Under the pieces are notes generated by a model, which made no database searches, was not told the origin of the DNA, and worked only from the letters and a program-made list of their open reading frames with translations. DNA of 64,000 nt, from NCBI RefSeq assembly GCF_009914755.1, contig NC_060940.1. One strand, written 5' to 3'. Shown in pieces: positions 19,815-64,000 of this stretch. The position numbers and the translations under genes are program-made. Source of the stretch: the human T2T-CHM13v2.0 reference genome, Homo sapiens. Each line of letters starts with the position of its first letter. Within the stretch, counting starts at the first letter, position 1.

Positions 19815-19994
<180 letters not shown>

Positions 19995-22039
19995 TAATTT
20001 TGTGTAGATGGGGTCTCCATTTGTTGCCCAGGCTGGTCTTAAACTCCTGGGCTCAAGCGATCCTCCTGCCTCAGCCTCCTAAAGTGCTGGGATTACAGGT
20101 GTCAGCGACGATGCCAGACCCCAAATTTAATCCTAAAGCAGCAGCTGAAATAGTTTCTAGACTGATGAGACTGTTTACCTTGAGACCTCCCTAGAGTCGT
20201 TAGTCTTGAACACACAGCTTTCCTCTGTTGGGAGAAAGGAGGAAGGAATAATTCACTGGATCCCTGTGAATTCCAACTTAGGGGAGGCATGATAAGAATT
20301 TATAGTGACCTCTTGGATCTGTAACAAGAAAGAGGCAGATAAAAACAAGAGCTCTCCTGATTTCTGTGAATGGTTCAGAAGGGTTCTTAAAGGTGCTCAG
20401 TATTCTCTAGGGAGGTAGTTAACGATGCAGATGACTGGACCCCACTCACAGAATTCAGTAGAGCTGGAGACCCAAGAATCTAAGTTTGTAACAAATGAAC
20501 CTGAAAACAAGAAGACCTTCTACATCTGAAACTAAACTCCACCAAGCATTTAGTTTTTCTCTCCCCAAACAGAGAAATAAACTTTGAATCCTTTTTTGGT
20601 GTATTCATTAGCTTTCTTTTTATTTGTTTTTTCTTCTTATTTTTCTTTAGAGAAAGGTTTTTCTTCTGTTGCCCGGGCTGGAGTGCAATAGCAAGATCAC
20701 GCTCACTGCAGCCTGGAACTCCTGGTCTCAAGCAATTCTCAAGCCTTAGCCTCTGGAGTATCTGGGACTACAGATGCTATGCTACCATGACCAGATAATT
20801 TTTTTACTTTTTTTTTCTTTTTTCGGTAGAGAAGGGGTCTCACCATGTTGCCCAGGCTGGTCTTGAACTCCTGGCCTCAAGTGAGCCTTCCACCTCAGCT
20901 TCCCAAAATACTGGGATTATAAGTGTGAAGCCACTGTGCCTGGCCTTTATTTTCAGTATTTCTAGTCAGATATTTGCTAAGCAATCTCTACAGCTCGCAG
21001 AAGGTAGGTTCAACCAGGAACAACATTGTTGGCTATTTGATGGTTTTCTTTTACATGGGACTAAGCATTATTGCCTACATATAGGGCCAAGCCAATCTGC
21101 CTTGGTCTGAGAATTGAAGTTGCTCTGAACAGAAGGTAATGGTGTCAGTGTCGCCTTTCCTTCTGCACTTGTCTTCCTCCTGACTTTTCTTCTTTGGCTC
21201 TGGTGCTACAGAAGGGCTTCCTGAGTTACCCTCTTTCCTACATCTTCAGCCAGGCAGCTAGACAAGTCAAGAGCTTAGGATGAATCTAGGCTTTAAAGAG
21301 GTTGGAAGACCTGTTTTTCCTTTTCTCTGACTGACCCAAAAGTATAAGACTTTTTTTTCTTTGTGTGTGATGATCTGTTGAACAAAAACGTTCATTTATT
21401 CCATTGATAGCCTCTGGTATACCAGGACCTATGGTAGGTGCTGAGAATATATGTATTTATTATAGAGCAATTAACTTATTCTTTCCAAGAATCTTTGCTT
21501 CCTCACTCCTTAAGAGTCTGAATATTTTAGCTTCTGGGAGATTTTACCTTTTCATCAGCTCCTCTGTTGAATAAACAAATAAATGTAGGTGTTTGTCCAT
21601 AAGGCTGCTGCAAGGATATACTTCTCTTCACTCATTTTTTTCCAAAGCCCTATTTCTGGGTTGGGGCAGGTGATCTTTTCTTTGTGATTCCAGCTAAGTA
21701 CCTACCAAGAAATTCCTCGTATGTCTCAGTATGAGGGGTCCTCTGTCCTCTCAGTGAGAATATCAAAAGAAAAACTGATTTTCAGACTCTTCATGTGCAT
21801 CTTTAATTTCAGTATCTTTGTCATCCCTAGAGCCACTTTTCTTTCTGGTCATTGAACACTATTTTCTAGAAGCATGATTCACCACTTTTTAAATCTGTCT
21901 CTGTAAAATTTATCCCAAGCCACAAATACCCATAAGGAAATTTCATCCTTGGTATTATAAGTCTATGTCTCTGAACTTCACAACATCTACACTTCTGTGC
22001 TGGCTCCCCTCTCCCCCACCTCCCCAGTTTTGTTTTGTT

Positions 22040-23114
<1,075 letters not shown>

Positions 23115-23403
23115 TGATAGCCAACACTAGTGACTGTAATGTATTCCCCTCGGGAATAAGTAATAAATCTGTGTTATATTTGAGTACATTTTGCTCAAAA
23201 TAAAGAATTTAACGAATTGTCTCATGCCAAGAGATTTTATGAGTACTTTGGCTGTTGGTAGTGCCTTACTTTCAGAAGGATAATTTTTGGAGAAATTTCA
23301 CTTCGTATTTAGGTATGTATGGTCTCTCATCTTGGTCTTGGTGAATCAGACTTGTCATAGGAGTGCTCCAACTTTCTTGTTGGTAGTAGCTTGAGCCCTC
23401 TGA

Positions 23404-23699
<296 letters not shown>

Positions 23700-26069
23700 T
23701 GACCTCAAGTGATCTGCCCACCTTGGCCTCCCAGAGTGCTGGGATTGCAGGCGTGAGCCACCATGCCCAGCTGGGAGAAGCTTTAACCTGGATTCAGGAA
23801 CAGAGGTAGGAGAACCTAAGATCACAGGCCTCATCTGACGTGGTCATTTTGCACATACTTCTTAGCTTTTTGGAGATCTTTTCATTTTGTTTCCATCTTA
23901 AATAACCTTTTCCCTGTGGAGAAGGTGCCTTTTTTGGAGAGAGCCATTAAGATTCTTTTATCCTGCTGCCTGCCTGAGTATTCTGGGAATCCTACAAGGA
24001 TTTGAGGGAGCCCTTGGGATTCCAACCTAACAAATTAGTTTTCTGTAATATTATTCTAGTCCATTTAGATTGTGTAAATGATCTAAATGGTGTAACCATT
24101 TAATATCAAAAGTATAACAGCATTTAAGTCAGCTTTTCGAAGAAACTTTTATTTTTTAACTAAAAACAAACTTTTTTTCAGAGACAAGGTCTCACTATGT
24201 TGCCCAGGCTGGACATGAACTCCTGGGCTTAAGACATCCTCCTACCCTAGCCTCCTGAGTAGCTGGGACTGTGAGCACACGCCACCATGCCTGGCCAAAG
24301 ACACTTTTTTATAGCTCTGCCTGCTGCTATAACAAGTGTTCCTAAATACCCATGTACATCCTATATTATTAGATTTCCTCAACTCTGGTTAGCTATGACT
24401 GAAACATTCATGCCATTGCAGCCAGTGCCCTGGAAAGCTATAAGCAAGTCTTAAGACCTGTGATAAGGGCTGACTTGCAAGCTAGCTGCCATCCATCTTA
24501 ATATCTGACGAGCCCAGTCATGTTGGCTGTGTTTAATTGATCCATTTCCTACTTGCTTCCTCAACCCAGAGGCCAAGGGCAGCACAAAAGGATAGTGAAT
24601 CTAAATGTCTCCAGTTTTTTGAGGTATAGGAATCTCCTATGAAGTGGCAGACCTTTGAGAAATAGTATTATGAGCTGTTCTCTTTTGCTGTGGCTTTGGA
24701 AAACCTTTGGATTCCTCTACTGAAAATTTGTTTGAAAAAAAAATCTTTTTAATGAAACAGTGTGAGTCATAAAGCAGCCACCACCCCTTCTCATAATAGC
24801 ATTTCTCACCAGGGGAATTTTTGGTAGCTGTTGGGGGAGGGATTTGAGTAGGTTGTGGATGATAAATCCCTTGAGGGGAACATAACCAAAGGCTGCCATA
24901 TCAGAACGCTGGTGCTTTCCATGCTGACACCAAGCCCTGAATTCAAAGTGCAGGACAGCAGAATAGAACAGAGAAGCCTGTGCTCAGTGAATTGCTGCAG
25001 TAGCATGACCAGTGAGACTGGAGTTTCAATTAAAACACCGTTGTAGTGTAAAAGGATCATGAGATGGAAGGAGGCCTTGGGTTAGAGAGCCAGAAGCCAT
25101 TTATAGGCAGAACATCAGCTTTCTGGATTAAAGGATGGCTGTGGACCTAATGATGAGAATCTAGAGGTCATGGGGAATTTCCTTACTGTCTGTGCCCCCC
25201 TTTTCCATATGGTCAGCTTGGTGCTTGGCACTGATCATGGCACACTTTACAAAAAGTGGATTCATATAAGGTCGTCTGTGCTCTTCTAAGATTTTAGGTC
25301 TAAAGCATTTAGAGTGGCGCCCAGAGGAGACGCCACCCAGTCAGCCTCCTTGTGGCATAGTGAAAATGAAACATTTAGGGATACTGAGAGCTTAGAACAA
25401 GCCAGAATTATGATATCAAATCTCAGTTGCCTGTCTTAAACTTTTCTGCCAACCTAGCGTGAGTTTTAGCTGTTTTCAACTTCATTATTTACAGTTTCTC
25501 GGGACTCATGTCTGAACCACTATCTTACATAAGCTACAGACGGGAAGGGCTGAACGGTTATTAGAAATGTGTTAAGATTTGCTTTCCTTTGGAGAGTCAT
25601 GGCCTGTCTTCTGTGTTTTCCTGGCTTTGTACTTTTCTTCAAAGCCTGTTACCGGTTCCAGGTCTCCAGAGCTCAATAAAGGGGAAACAGGAAGTGAGCA
25701 TTTGATGCATAAGAGCCAGCAAAACATAATAAAGGGCACAGGCATGGAACCAGGAGAGAGAATTGTGGGAGTGAGTTTTCTTGAAGGCATCAGTTCTGTA
25801 GGATTAGAGATACATCCTTCAACAATGACTTTTAACTCCTTCAAACAAGGAAAAAGCAATTAGGAACCTCTGTTCAGAAAGGACCAATTTTTCTTAGGTT
25901 ATATAGTAGAGGTTCAACACTTTCATATGACAGCATACAAGTAATTATAAAGTATCTTTTGCCTAAGGAGTTCAGAACACAGAGAAAAGTGATGATCACC
26001 TTTATAAAGGAGTAAGAATTACTTCTCTGTCTCTTTACTTGAGGGCCCACAGGGTAAGTCTTATCATGA

Positions 26070-26314
<245 letters not shown>

Positions 26315-26438
26315 TAGCCAGGATGGTCTCAATCTGTTGACCTCGTGATCCACCCGCCTTGGCCTCCCAGAGTGCTGGGATTACAGGCGTGAGCCACCGC
26401 GCCAGGCCTGTCCATTCAGTTTTAGTAATGAACTCTGA

Positions 26439-26813
<375 letters not shown>

Positions 26814-26899
26814 TGAACTCCTGACCTCAGATGATCCACCCGCCTTATCTTCCCAAAGTGCTGGGATTAGAGGTGTGAGCTGCCGCGCCTAGCCTGGAA

Positions 26900-35379
<8,480 letters not shown>

Positions 35380-35528
35380 TTAAATTAGTGAAAATTAATG
35401 AACAAAATTTAAATTCCATTTCTGAGTTACTCTAGCCACATTTTCAGTGCTCGGTAACCACAAATGGTTAGTGACTGCTGTCATTGGAACATTTCCATCA
35501 TTGCAGAAAGTGCTGTTGGACAGTGCTG
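35380..35528 (-). mobile_element. MER3-like hAT-Charlie fossil
   Basis: CTAGCCACATTTTCAGTGCTC...GAACATTTCCATCATTGCAGAAAGTGCTGTTGGACAGTGCTG. Confidence 0.72.
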
Positions 35529-36118
35529 CTCAAAACTCTTCCGTAGTGCTCTTATAGTACAGAGAGAATCGGTAAATGTGTAATTTCAGAAAATGGATCA
35601 AGTGAACTTGCCCTTGTGCTGAGAGTCTAGGAGGTTCTCTTTAGCATGATACCATTCTGCATCAACTATGTTTAGGAAGAATTCAGAGACGGTGTTGCAT
35701 TCTTAGGATGATTTATGGGATCATTGGTGATCCCAAGCTGACTTTTCTTTCCTGTAATTTGGTAATTGGAAGAGGAGAAACCAGGTAAGCAGGAACCCCC
35801 AATGTTGAATACGCTTTGGGGAAAATGGAGAAAAATTTCTACATTGATTTTATGCAGCTCTGTTTAATCTGAGACTAGAGAGGATGGGTTTGTGAGGTGA
35901 CTGGAGAAAAACAGCTTAAGTTCTTATGACTTGAAATTTGACTCAAGTTGGAAATTCCTTGTAATTAAGTCATCTTTTCTCTCCACCCCCTTAAATTGCC
36001 ATCTCATTCTCCTTTGAGTTGCTATAGAACAGTTAAAGATTCTCAAGAAAAGATACCTTCCCCTACCTTACCCCCCACATTCACATACCCACACCTTCTT
36101 TAAATAAAGCATCATTTA

Positions 36119-40090
<3,972 letters not shown>

Positions 40091-40209
40091 TTATTAAATT
40101 GCAATCAGTTTGGCCATCAAAAATTGAATTGTGGGAATCCTTTTTAGCCCTATAGCTGGGCCTATGACATTCTTTGTAGTTTTGTAAAATGGTGGAGTAG
40201 ATTTTCTTA

Positions 40210-41820
<1,611 letters not shown>

Positions 41821-41886
41821 CAGCTTGACTGCAATCTTGACCTTTTTTTTTTTTTTGCTACATCTCCAGCTTGACTGCAGTCTTGA

Positions 41887-42847
<961 letters not shown>

Positions 42848-42849
42848 CC

Positions 42850-45505
<2,656 letters not shown>

Positions 45506-45800
45506 CCAGATGCAGTAGCTCATGCCTATAATACCAGCACTTTGGGAGGCCAAGTCAGGAGGATCACTTGAGACCCAGACCAGCCTGGGCAACACAGCAA
45601 GACCCTGTCTCTACAAAAATTAAAAATTAGTTGGGCATGGTGGTATATGCCTGTAGTCCCAGCTACTGAGGAGGCTGAGGCAGGAGGATCACTTGAGCCA
45701 AGGTGTTCAAGGCTGTAGTGAGCTGTAAGCATGCTGCTGCACTCCATCTGGGTGACAGAGCAAGACTCCACTGGATTACCATGGAAGGTTTAAGGGTACT

Positions 45801-47850
<2,050 letters not shown>

Positions 47851-47932
47851 CTTCATATGCTTGCTGCAATCCCCACCCTCCACCCCCCCTCCCCAGGTTC
47901 GAGCTATTCTCCTGCCTCAGCCTCCCAAGTAG

Positions 47933-48094
<162 letters not shown>

Positions 48095-48194
48095 TAAAAT
48101 GTTTTTCTTATAGAAAGTATACATTTGATTTTTCTCTTTTTTGAGACATCTTACTCTGTCACCCAACTGCAGTGATCATGCAATGGTGCGATCT

Positions 48195-48894
48195 TGTTGC
48201 CACCCGCAAATCCGAATGGCTCTGCAGCAACCTCAATTCTTGGCTCCTCAGAAGAAAGAATTCAACTGAGGAGCATAGGCAGAAGGAGAGACTGAAGCAA
48301 ATTTTAGAGCAGGAGTGAAAGTTTATTAAAAAGCTTTAAAGCAGGAAAGAAGGGAAGTAAAGTACACTTGGAAGAGGGCCAAGTGGGCAACTTGAGAGAT
48401 CAAATGCACGGTTTGACCCTTTGACTTGGGGTTTTATATGTTGGCATGCTTCGGGGTCTTGTGTTACTTCTCCCTCGATTCTTCTCTTGGGGTTGGCTGT
48501 CCGCATGCGCAGTGGCCGCCAACACTTGGGAGGGGCCCCATGCACAGTGTGCTTCCTGAAATTGTGCACATGCCCACTTGAGGCATTCCTTTACCAGCTA
48601 AGTGTTCCTAGAGAAAGGTCATAAACTAGTTAAACTCTGCCATTTTGCCTCTTAGTGCTCATGCCTGAGCCCACTCACCCAACTCCTAAGAGCTTATTGG
48701 GATCACCAGTTTCAGCTTTTTCTATCTACTGGGAGACTACCGTTCTCTGGCACCAGTTGCGACCAATTATTATTTTAGGGGGACAGCTTAACAACTGCCT
48801 GACCATCACCTGATGGTCACCTGACATTCCTGGTTGGGGGTGTGAGGGGACCTCTCCTGCTCTGCTCATGTTTTACTAGCTACCTCCTATAACA
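48195..48894 (-). mobile_element. MER50-like ERV1 solo LTR (700 bp) inserted in an antisense Alu
   Basis: TGT...ACA termini; 4-bp TSD ATCT (48191-48194, 48895-48898); minus strand begins TGTTATAGGAGGTAGCTAG...CATGAGCAGAGCAGGAGAG...CCAGGAATGTCAGG like MER50; minus-strand AATAAA at ~48322-48327. Confidence 0.85.
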
Positions 48895-50844
48895 ATCTCA
48901 GCTCACAGCAGCCTTGACCTCCTGGGCTCATGTGATCCTCCTACCTCAGCCTCCTGGGTAGCTGGGATCACAGGCATGTGCCATCACACCTAGCTAATTT
49001 TTGTTTATTTTTCGTAGAGATGAGCTCTCCCTATGTTGCCTAGCATGCCAGGCTAATTTTTGTATTTTTTAGTAGAGATGGGGTTTTACCATGTTAGCCA
49101 GGCTGGTCTTGAACTCCTGAACCTCAAGTGATTTCCTGTCTCAGCCTCCCAAAGTGCTGAGATTACAGCCGTGAGCCACTACACCGGGCTTGATGTTGCT
49201 TTTTAATCCAGACTGACAGTCTTTGCCCCTAAACTGGAATGTTTATATTTAATGCAGTCATCAATATAATTGAATTTAAATTAATTATCTTGCTTATTTG
49301 TTTCCTATCCAATACTTTCATCTGTTTCTTTTTTTTTTTTTTTCCCTCTCCTTCTTTCCTTCATTTGGATTAAGAAAAGTTCTTATTTTTTTGGCCGGGT
49401 GGACAACCTGTCTAAATGTAGAAACAACTTCATTCATTTTCTTTCTCAGCTGTTCAAACTTTAAATGTTTAAAAGGGATACTAATACCTTTGTGATAACT
49501 GGGTAAAGATTTGTCCAGATTACACCTGGATGGTATATGTTTGTATGTATGTATTATACACACGTATGTTTAATTCCCTCGGCCACTCTGAATTGAGCCA
49601 TATGTGATTTCATTTCTTTATTATGTTTGCTTAGAGTATATTCGAGAAGATGCTTGGACTATGCAGCACTTTTATAGGTCCAGTTGTGTTGATTTGGGAG
49701 AGAAGAGAGAAGGTGAGCATGAACTTGACAGTTCTTGTGTGCCTGTTCTGTGCCAGGCACTTGGTTAGTACTTTACACATGCTCTTATTTTTTTCCTCAC
49801 AACAATCCCAAGAGGTGGAAATAAACTATTTCCATCTTACAGATGGGAATTGACAGAGCTAGAATTTCAATCTGTCGATTCCAGCAGCATCTTTTGAAGC
49901 TTTCATGATGAGCAGAATGGATGATACTGTTGAGATCTGTATTCATCCAGGATCTTTTGTTCCTCCTGTTTCAGCAAACTCTTAAGATTGGAACTACATC
50001 AGTAGATAGGTGTGCAATGCCAGTCTTTTGCCTCATTTATTAAACAAGGCAGCCGGGAAGTACTCAGTTTTAATGTCACTTGGTCTTCACTCTTTTGTTT
50101 TTTTGTTTTGTTTTGTTTTGTTTTTGGAGACACAGTCTCCCTCTGTCACCCAGGATGGAGGACAGTGGCGCAATCTAGTCTCTGCCTCCTGGGTTCAAGC
50201 GATTATCATGCCTCAGCCTCCCAAGTAGCTGGGATTACAAGTGTGCACCACCATGCCTGGTTAATTTTTTGTATTTTTAGTATAGACGGGGTTTCACCAT
50301 GTTGACCACGCTGGTCTGGAACTCCTGACCTCAGGTGATCTGCCACCTAGGCCTCCCAAAGTGCTGCGATTACAGGCATGAGCCAGCATTCCTGGCCCAC
50401 TCTTCTTGTTTGTGGGTAGATCTCCCCCACCCCAGACCTTCTCTCCAATTCACCTTTTCTTCCATCTCCTTTAACATTGTAAAAAATGGTTTCTGGACCC
50501 CAAATCTATGAATAGAATGTGCTTAGAGGCAGGAGAGTACTGAGCTGAAAACATCTCACTAACCACTGATTTTAGTTAGCATGGCCTTTAGAAAGGAGTT
50601 AAAGCACTCATATAACCTGTTTTCCTAATACAAAATTTGGGAAGCAACAAAACCTTTTGCTGACAAATGTGGAAAAGTCTATGATGAGGAAGTGGATTGG
50701 ATCTTGCTTGTGAACACTTATTTTCTTCCTTCTGGTAGCTAGATTTCAAGCTTCTCTTATTCCTGAGATGTAGTGACCAAGTTCATATATGTTGACTATG
50801 ATTGCATATCATTTACCTAGAAGAATATTCTAGGGCAGACTTGA

Positions 50845-51370
50845 AGCCTATTTTTGTTGTCTGTTGTTAGGCAACAAAACCTACCTCAAAACTTAATGGC
50901 TTAAAACAACATCTATTTTATATTTGATCATAATTCTATGACTTGGGAATTCAGGCAGGGCTCAGCTGGATGGTTCTTCTCTATGTGACTAACAGCTGGG
51001 GTGTCTCATGACATTGTAGTCAGTGACTGGAATGGCTAAGATGGCTTCATTCACACATCTGGCAAGTTGGTGGGCATGATGAGGAGGCAAAGCCTTCTCT
51101 CTCTCGCTGTGGCTGTCTCCCTAGTTGTGACTAGCTTGGCTTTTGTTATTTGGAAGCTAAATTCCAAAAGTGAGCATACCAGGCAGCAAAGGCAGAAGCT
51201 GTAATTCTCCTAGGGCCTACTAGCCTTGGAAGTTACATGATGTGGCTTTCTCCACCTTCCGTTGGTCAAAACAAGAATTTGGTTTGGCATTGTGACAAGG
51301 GGAAGGGCAGGAGAGGGGACATTGCTGAAGAGCTGGTAAGATGGACACTATTGTTGCAACTATCTTTAGA
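50845..51370 (-). mobile_element. Old MLT1-family (ERVL-MaLR) LTR
   Basis: CAAAACTTAATGGCTTAAAACAAC...GGAATTCAGGCAGGGCTCAGCTGGATGGTTC...AAGATGGCTTCATTCACA. Confidence 0.7.
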
Positions 51371-52289
51371 AACATAATTTACCACAGAACACTTTCCTTG
51401 GGGAGCTTGAGCCCCACTGTAAGCCAGTTAAATAAGAATCTCTGAAGAAACAGTAAGATGCTCTCCAGGAAGTCCTGTGTGTGTGTTCTTCTAAGCACGA
51501 TCTGCAGTCTGGCTCTTTCTGTTTCATACAACATGGCATTCCAGTGTGCAAGATGATGAGTCCTCCCACTCCTTTGAGCCATACTGATAAGAGAAATTGA
51601 AAATAATTTAAGTGCTGTTATTTTTTTTTTCTAGGACACAGTCCTACTTCTGTAAAATTTCCCCATCTGCTCCAGTATACAGTGATGTTGAGTACTATTG
51701 TTTTATAATCACTGGTGAATTCCTGGTAAGAACCATATCTTCTTCTGTGTTTAATCTCTGTGTTAAGCACAGCATTACATTCCAGTAGGTATGTGATAAA
51801 TCCTTGAATTGAACCATTGAAAATGGCACTGTTGCTGCTGTTCTCAGTGCCTATCAGAATTGTGCAGAATTAATAGTTCCTATAGATCTAACAATTACAT
51901 ACCCCTGTTAAAAATATAGAAAAAATGTGGTTTTGAAATGAACAGATTTAAAATTAGACTAAACTTGAAAAGTGGCCTAAATGTTTTTAATGGCAAAAAC
52001 TTTCTGTTTTATTTATTATTTTTAATTTGTTTGGAAAACTTTTTTTTTTAATGTGGAAGCATATTTAGAATACTGTGAATAAATATAAGTTGCTTTCCTG
52101 CAAATTGCTTTATTTAGGGAGGCCAAAGGCAGAACCCTAAAGACTTTAGAACCACTTAAAATACAGATAATTTACTTGGTCATTTTCAACCCAGGAACAC
52201 ACAGATTTTACTCTTGAAACTACTTATAAAAATCCTTGGAGTTAATGGTATACGAGAGTGTTGTAGCTCATGGAGTACTAAACCATGAG

Positions 52290-52543
52290 ATCAATCATAA
52301 GATTCTCCCTGATACTTGTAAGAGGTACAGATTCCCAGGTTCCCCTTTGTTAGAGATTTGGATATAATACATCTCTGGTGAGACTTTGAAATCTCTGTTT
52401 TTAATGACTGGTCCTGGAGCTTTTAGGAATGCAGATTTATGGGCCCCACCCCAGACCTACTGAATCCAGTGGGAAGAGAGGGGTTGGTCTGTCAACAGGT
52501 GTTCCAGGTGATTCTTACGTGTGCTGTTGTTGAAGAAGCACTG
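52290..52543 (+). mobile_element. MER5-like hAT fragments
   Basis: ATGCAGATTTATGGGCCCCACCCCAGACCTACTGAATC...CCAGGTGATTCTTA. Confidence 0.65.
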
Positions 52544-52679
52544 TTAATAGAGAAATCCCTTTCATAGTTCTTTGCCAGAAAACTACAGTTCTACCAGAAA
52601 GTATCCCAAAAGATTTTCACTGTATATAGGAACCTGCAGTTAGGGATCCTCCAGATGTTGTGGGATATTGGTGGTTACT

Positions 52680-55525
<2,846 letters not shown>

Positions 55526-56542
55526 AATGGTTTTTGAATCCTGATATTTTTTCATTCAGAGGTCCTTGTGACCTCTCACAGAGGGCCTGAAATGTGCTCA
55601 CTGCTCTTTAGAGGTTATAATAAGCGAAGGCCTGCTGTACACCAATGCTTGATGTATTAGCGTTCTTCCAGGTTTGGCATGTTGGGTTTAACAGCTAGTG
55701 GGAACGCAGGCCAAGGCCAGCTCCGGGACGGTAAAGATGACCCTTGAGTGCTTCCCTTGGTGTTATACTTGGTGTCATCCCACCTCCTTGTCTCACTGGT
55801 AGTTGGCACTCCAAAAATACTTGAATAGAAGTGGGAGACTGTCTACAATAAAGAACAAGTTGAGACTGATGCATTTATCATCTCTCCTCTTTTTGAGCCT
55901 CCTTTGTTTTAAAGCCGTATTTATACCAATGAGTTTCTAAGCAGCCTGGCCAAGTCTGGTTCCCTCAGCCCTGAGCTGTGGCCAGCTTCATGGTTGATTG
56001 CATTTATCAGATTTTTTTCACCTGTTCTTGCCTAAGCCTGTAACACATTATCACTGAAACCAGACATGGTTTTATCTTTTCAGAAGCTTGTGAGAGGAAA
56101 CTGGTGCTTCCCTTCCTCAGTTTTACTTTAAGGAACATTTTTTCTCTTTCTTGTAAAATTTGGCTGTTCTTCTTTTACATTTTAGACATGTGTTTGTTTT
56201 GAACAGGCTGCCTTCCAAAACTGTACAGTTCTTATCTTCCTTCTACCTCACCAGGCCTTTTTGTGCTGGATTCACTCAAACCCAGCTAATACTTACAGAA
56301 CATTTAACTATAATATATGCAAGGAATCATTTTCAGTCCTGATAGATACACAGAAATGGATAAGACATGGTTCTTGCCCTCATAGAGCTCACAATCTGAT
56401 AAACTCTGATAAAAGAGACAGTATATGGCATATATACACAGGTATATATAGCATGTAAGAGACATGGGGGATCCTGGGTTGGGTGGAGTACTGGTTTTCC
56501 ACGAAACCTGTTGCATATCAGGAGCCAGCCATTCTTGCTTTG

Positions 56543-60220
<3,678 letters not shown>

Positions 60221-60505
60221 CAATTTATTTATTTGTATTCATAGCAAGGGGCAGTTAACTTGATTCCACGTTTCCGTGGTTAGAAATAGAGTCACAATGA
60301 ACACTTTTGTGTCTGTTTGTTTTCTAATTGTTATTGGCATGTGGAGGAGTGCTGTTGACTTTTGTGTGTGTAGATCTTGCGTCTAGCAACTTTGCTGAAC
60401 TTGTGTTAGTTATTACCATTTGTAGATTTTCTTGCCTTTCCTAATATAGATAATCATATCACAGCTGTTTCCTCCTTTTAAGCCCTTAAATCTTTTGCCT
60501 ACCAT

Positions 60506-61192
60506 GTTACTTTGCTAGGGCTGCTGTACTACCAACTGGGTAGCTTAAACAACAGAAATGTATTTTCTCACAGTTCTAGAGGCATGGCGGCCGAGATCAA
60601 GGTATTAGCAGGGTTGTTTCTTCTGAGGCCTCTTTCCTTGGCTTGCAGATGGTGGTCTTCTCCGCTTCTCCGTGTCCTGACATGGTCTTCCCTTTGTATG
60701 TGTCTGTGTCCTCATCATTCTTTTTTTTTTTTTGAGACAAGGTCTGGCTTTGTTGCCTAGGTTAGCATGCAGTGGTGTGATCATGGCTCACTATAGCCTC
60801 AACCTCCCCAGGCTCAGGGGATCCTCCTGCCTCAGCTTCCCAAGTAGCTGGAACTACAGGTACGCCGCCACGTCTGGCTGATTTTTGTATTTTCTGTAGA
60901 GATGGGGTTTTGCCCTGTTGCCCAGGCTCATCTCAAACTCCTGGACTCAAGTGATTCACCTGCCTTGGCTTCCCAAAGTGCTGGGATTACAGACATGAGT
61001 CAGCCCCAGCCCCTAATCTCCTATTCTCATATGAACACCAGTTATGTTGAATTAGGGCCCACCCCGATGACCTCATTTTTACTTAATTACTTCTTTACAG
61101 GCCTTATTTTCAAATATAGTCACATTCTGAAGTACTGGAGGTTAGGACTTCAGCATATAAATTTGGGGAGGGACACTATTCAGCCCCTAACA
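60506..61192 (-). mobile_element. MLT1A/B-like MaLR solo LTR split by an Alu (60720-61012)
   Basis: GCTAGGGCTGCTGTA...GCTTAAACAACAGAAATGTATTTTCTCACAGTTCTAGAGGC...GGACACTATTCAGCCCCTAACA. Confidence 0.8.
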
Positions 61193-61743
61193 TTGAATAA
61201 TGCTGGCTTGGCTCTCTAATTCACCACTGAATTAAAGCAGTGAAAGTGGGCATCCTTGTTTTGTTCCTGACCATAGAGAGATTTAAAAGAGAATGCTCTT
61301 AAAATTTCGCCTTTACAAGTGGCAGTTGATGTGGGTTTCTAGATACCTTTCACTGAGTTGAAGAAATTCCCTTTTGTAACTTGTCGGCTCTCGAGAATAG
61401 AACCATTAGGGCCTGCCTTTACCAGTTAAGCATTTTTGGCAGAAGGACTGCACAGATGATGATGTGTCCTTCCCACTGCATCCTATCAGGAAGCTCATGA
61501 TGTCAGTCTGTCCGTGGCTTGGTTCGGGTGATCTCTACTAGGCAAAGGTGATCTGTAGCTGCCAACTCTGAAATGGTGCGCAGATCTCGTTTCCCAGTAA
61601 CCTTTGACCGGTGGTTTTTAAAACCTGTGGATAATCCTTACATTCATTGAATTAAAAAAATTTTAATGACTATCCTTTTCATTTCAAGAAATTGTTTAGT
61701 TATTTTTTTTGTCTACTTTGTCCTTCCTTCCATTCTTTATTAG

Positions 61744-64000
<2,257 letters not shown>

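Overview
Primate (very likely human) genomic DNA, extremely Alu-dense, containing the CpG-island promoter and first exon of ZNRF1 (myristoylated zinc/RING E3 ubiquitin ligase). Coding part of exon 1 is 12443-12866 (+), with a GTGAGT donor at 12867. The remaining ~51 kb is intron 1; I found no further ZNRF1 coding exon. The ~11.6 kb upstream is repeat-filled. Almost all other listed ORFs are Alu/L1/L2 translations or GC-rich CpG-island artefacts. Other elements: solo LTRs (MER4-group, MER50-like, MLT1-like), DNA-transposon fossils (MER44 with nested Tigger3a, MER20, MER3, MER5), L1M, L2 and MIR fragments. I see no novel gene system. The best leads are a four-junction shuffle/inversion of an old L1 (42.9-45.8 kb) with templated filler, an unidentified TSD-flanked retro-insertion (29.7 kb), an LTR nested in an Alu with an intact 4-bp TSD, three uORFs plus an acceptor-like tract in the ZNRF1 leader, and a possible intronic-polyadenylated RING-less isoform. 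Repeat subfamily names and boundaries are by-eye estimates from remembered consensus sequences, not RepeatMasker output.
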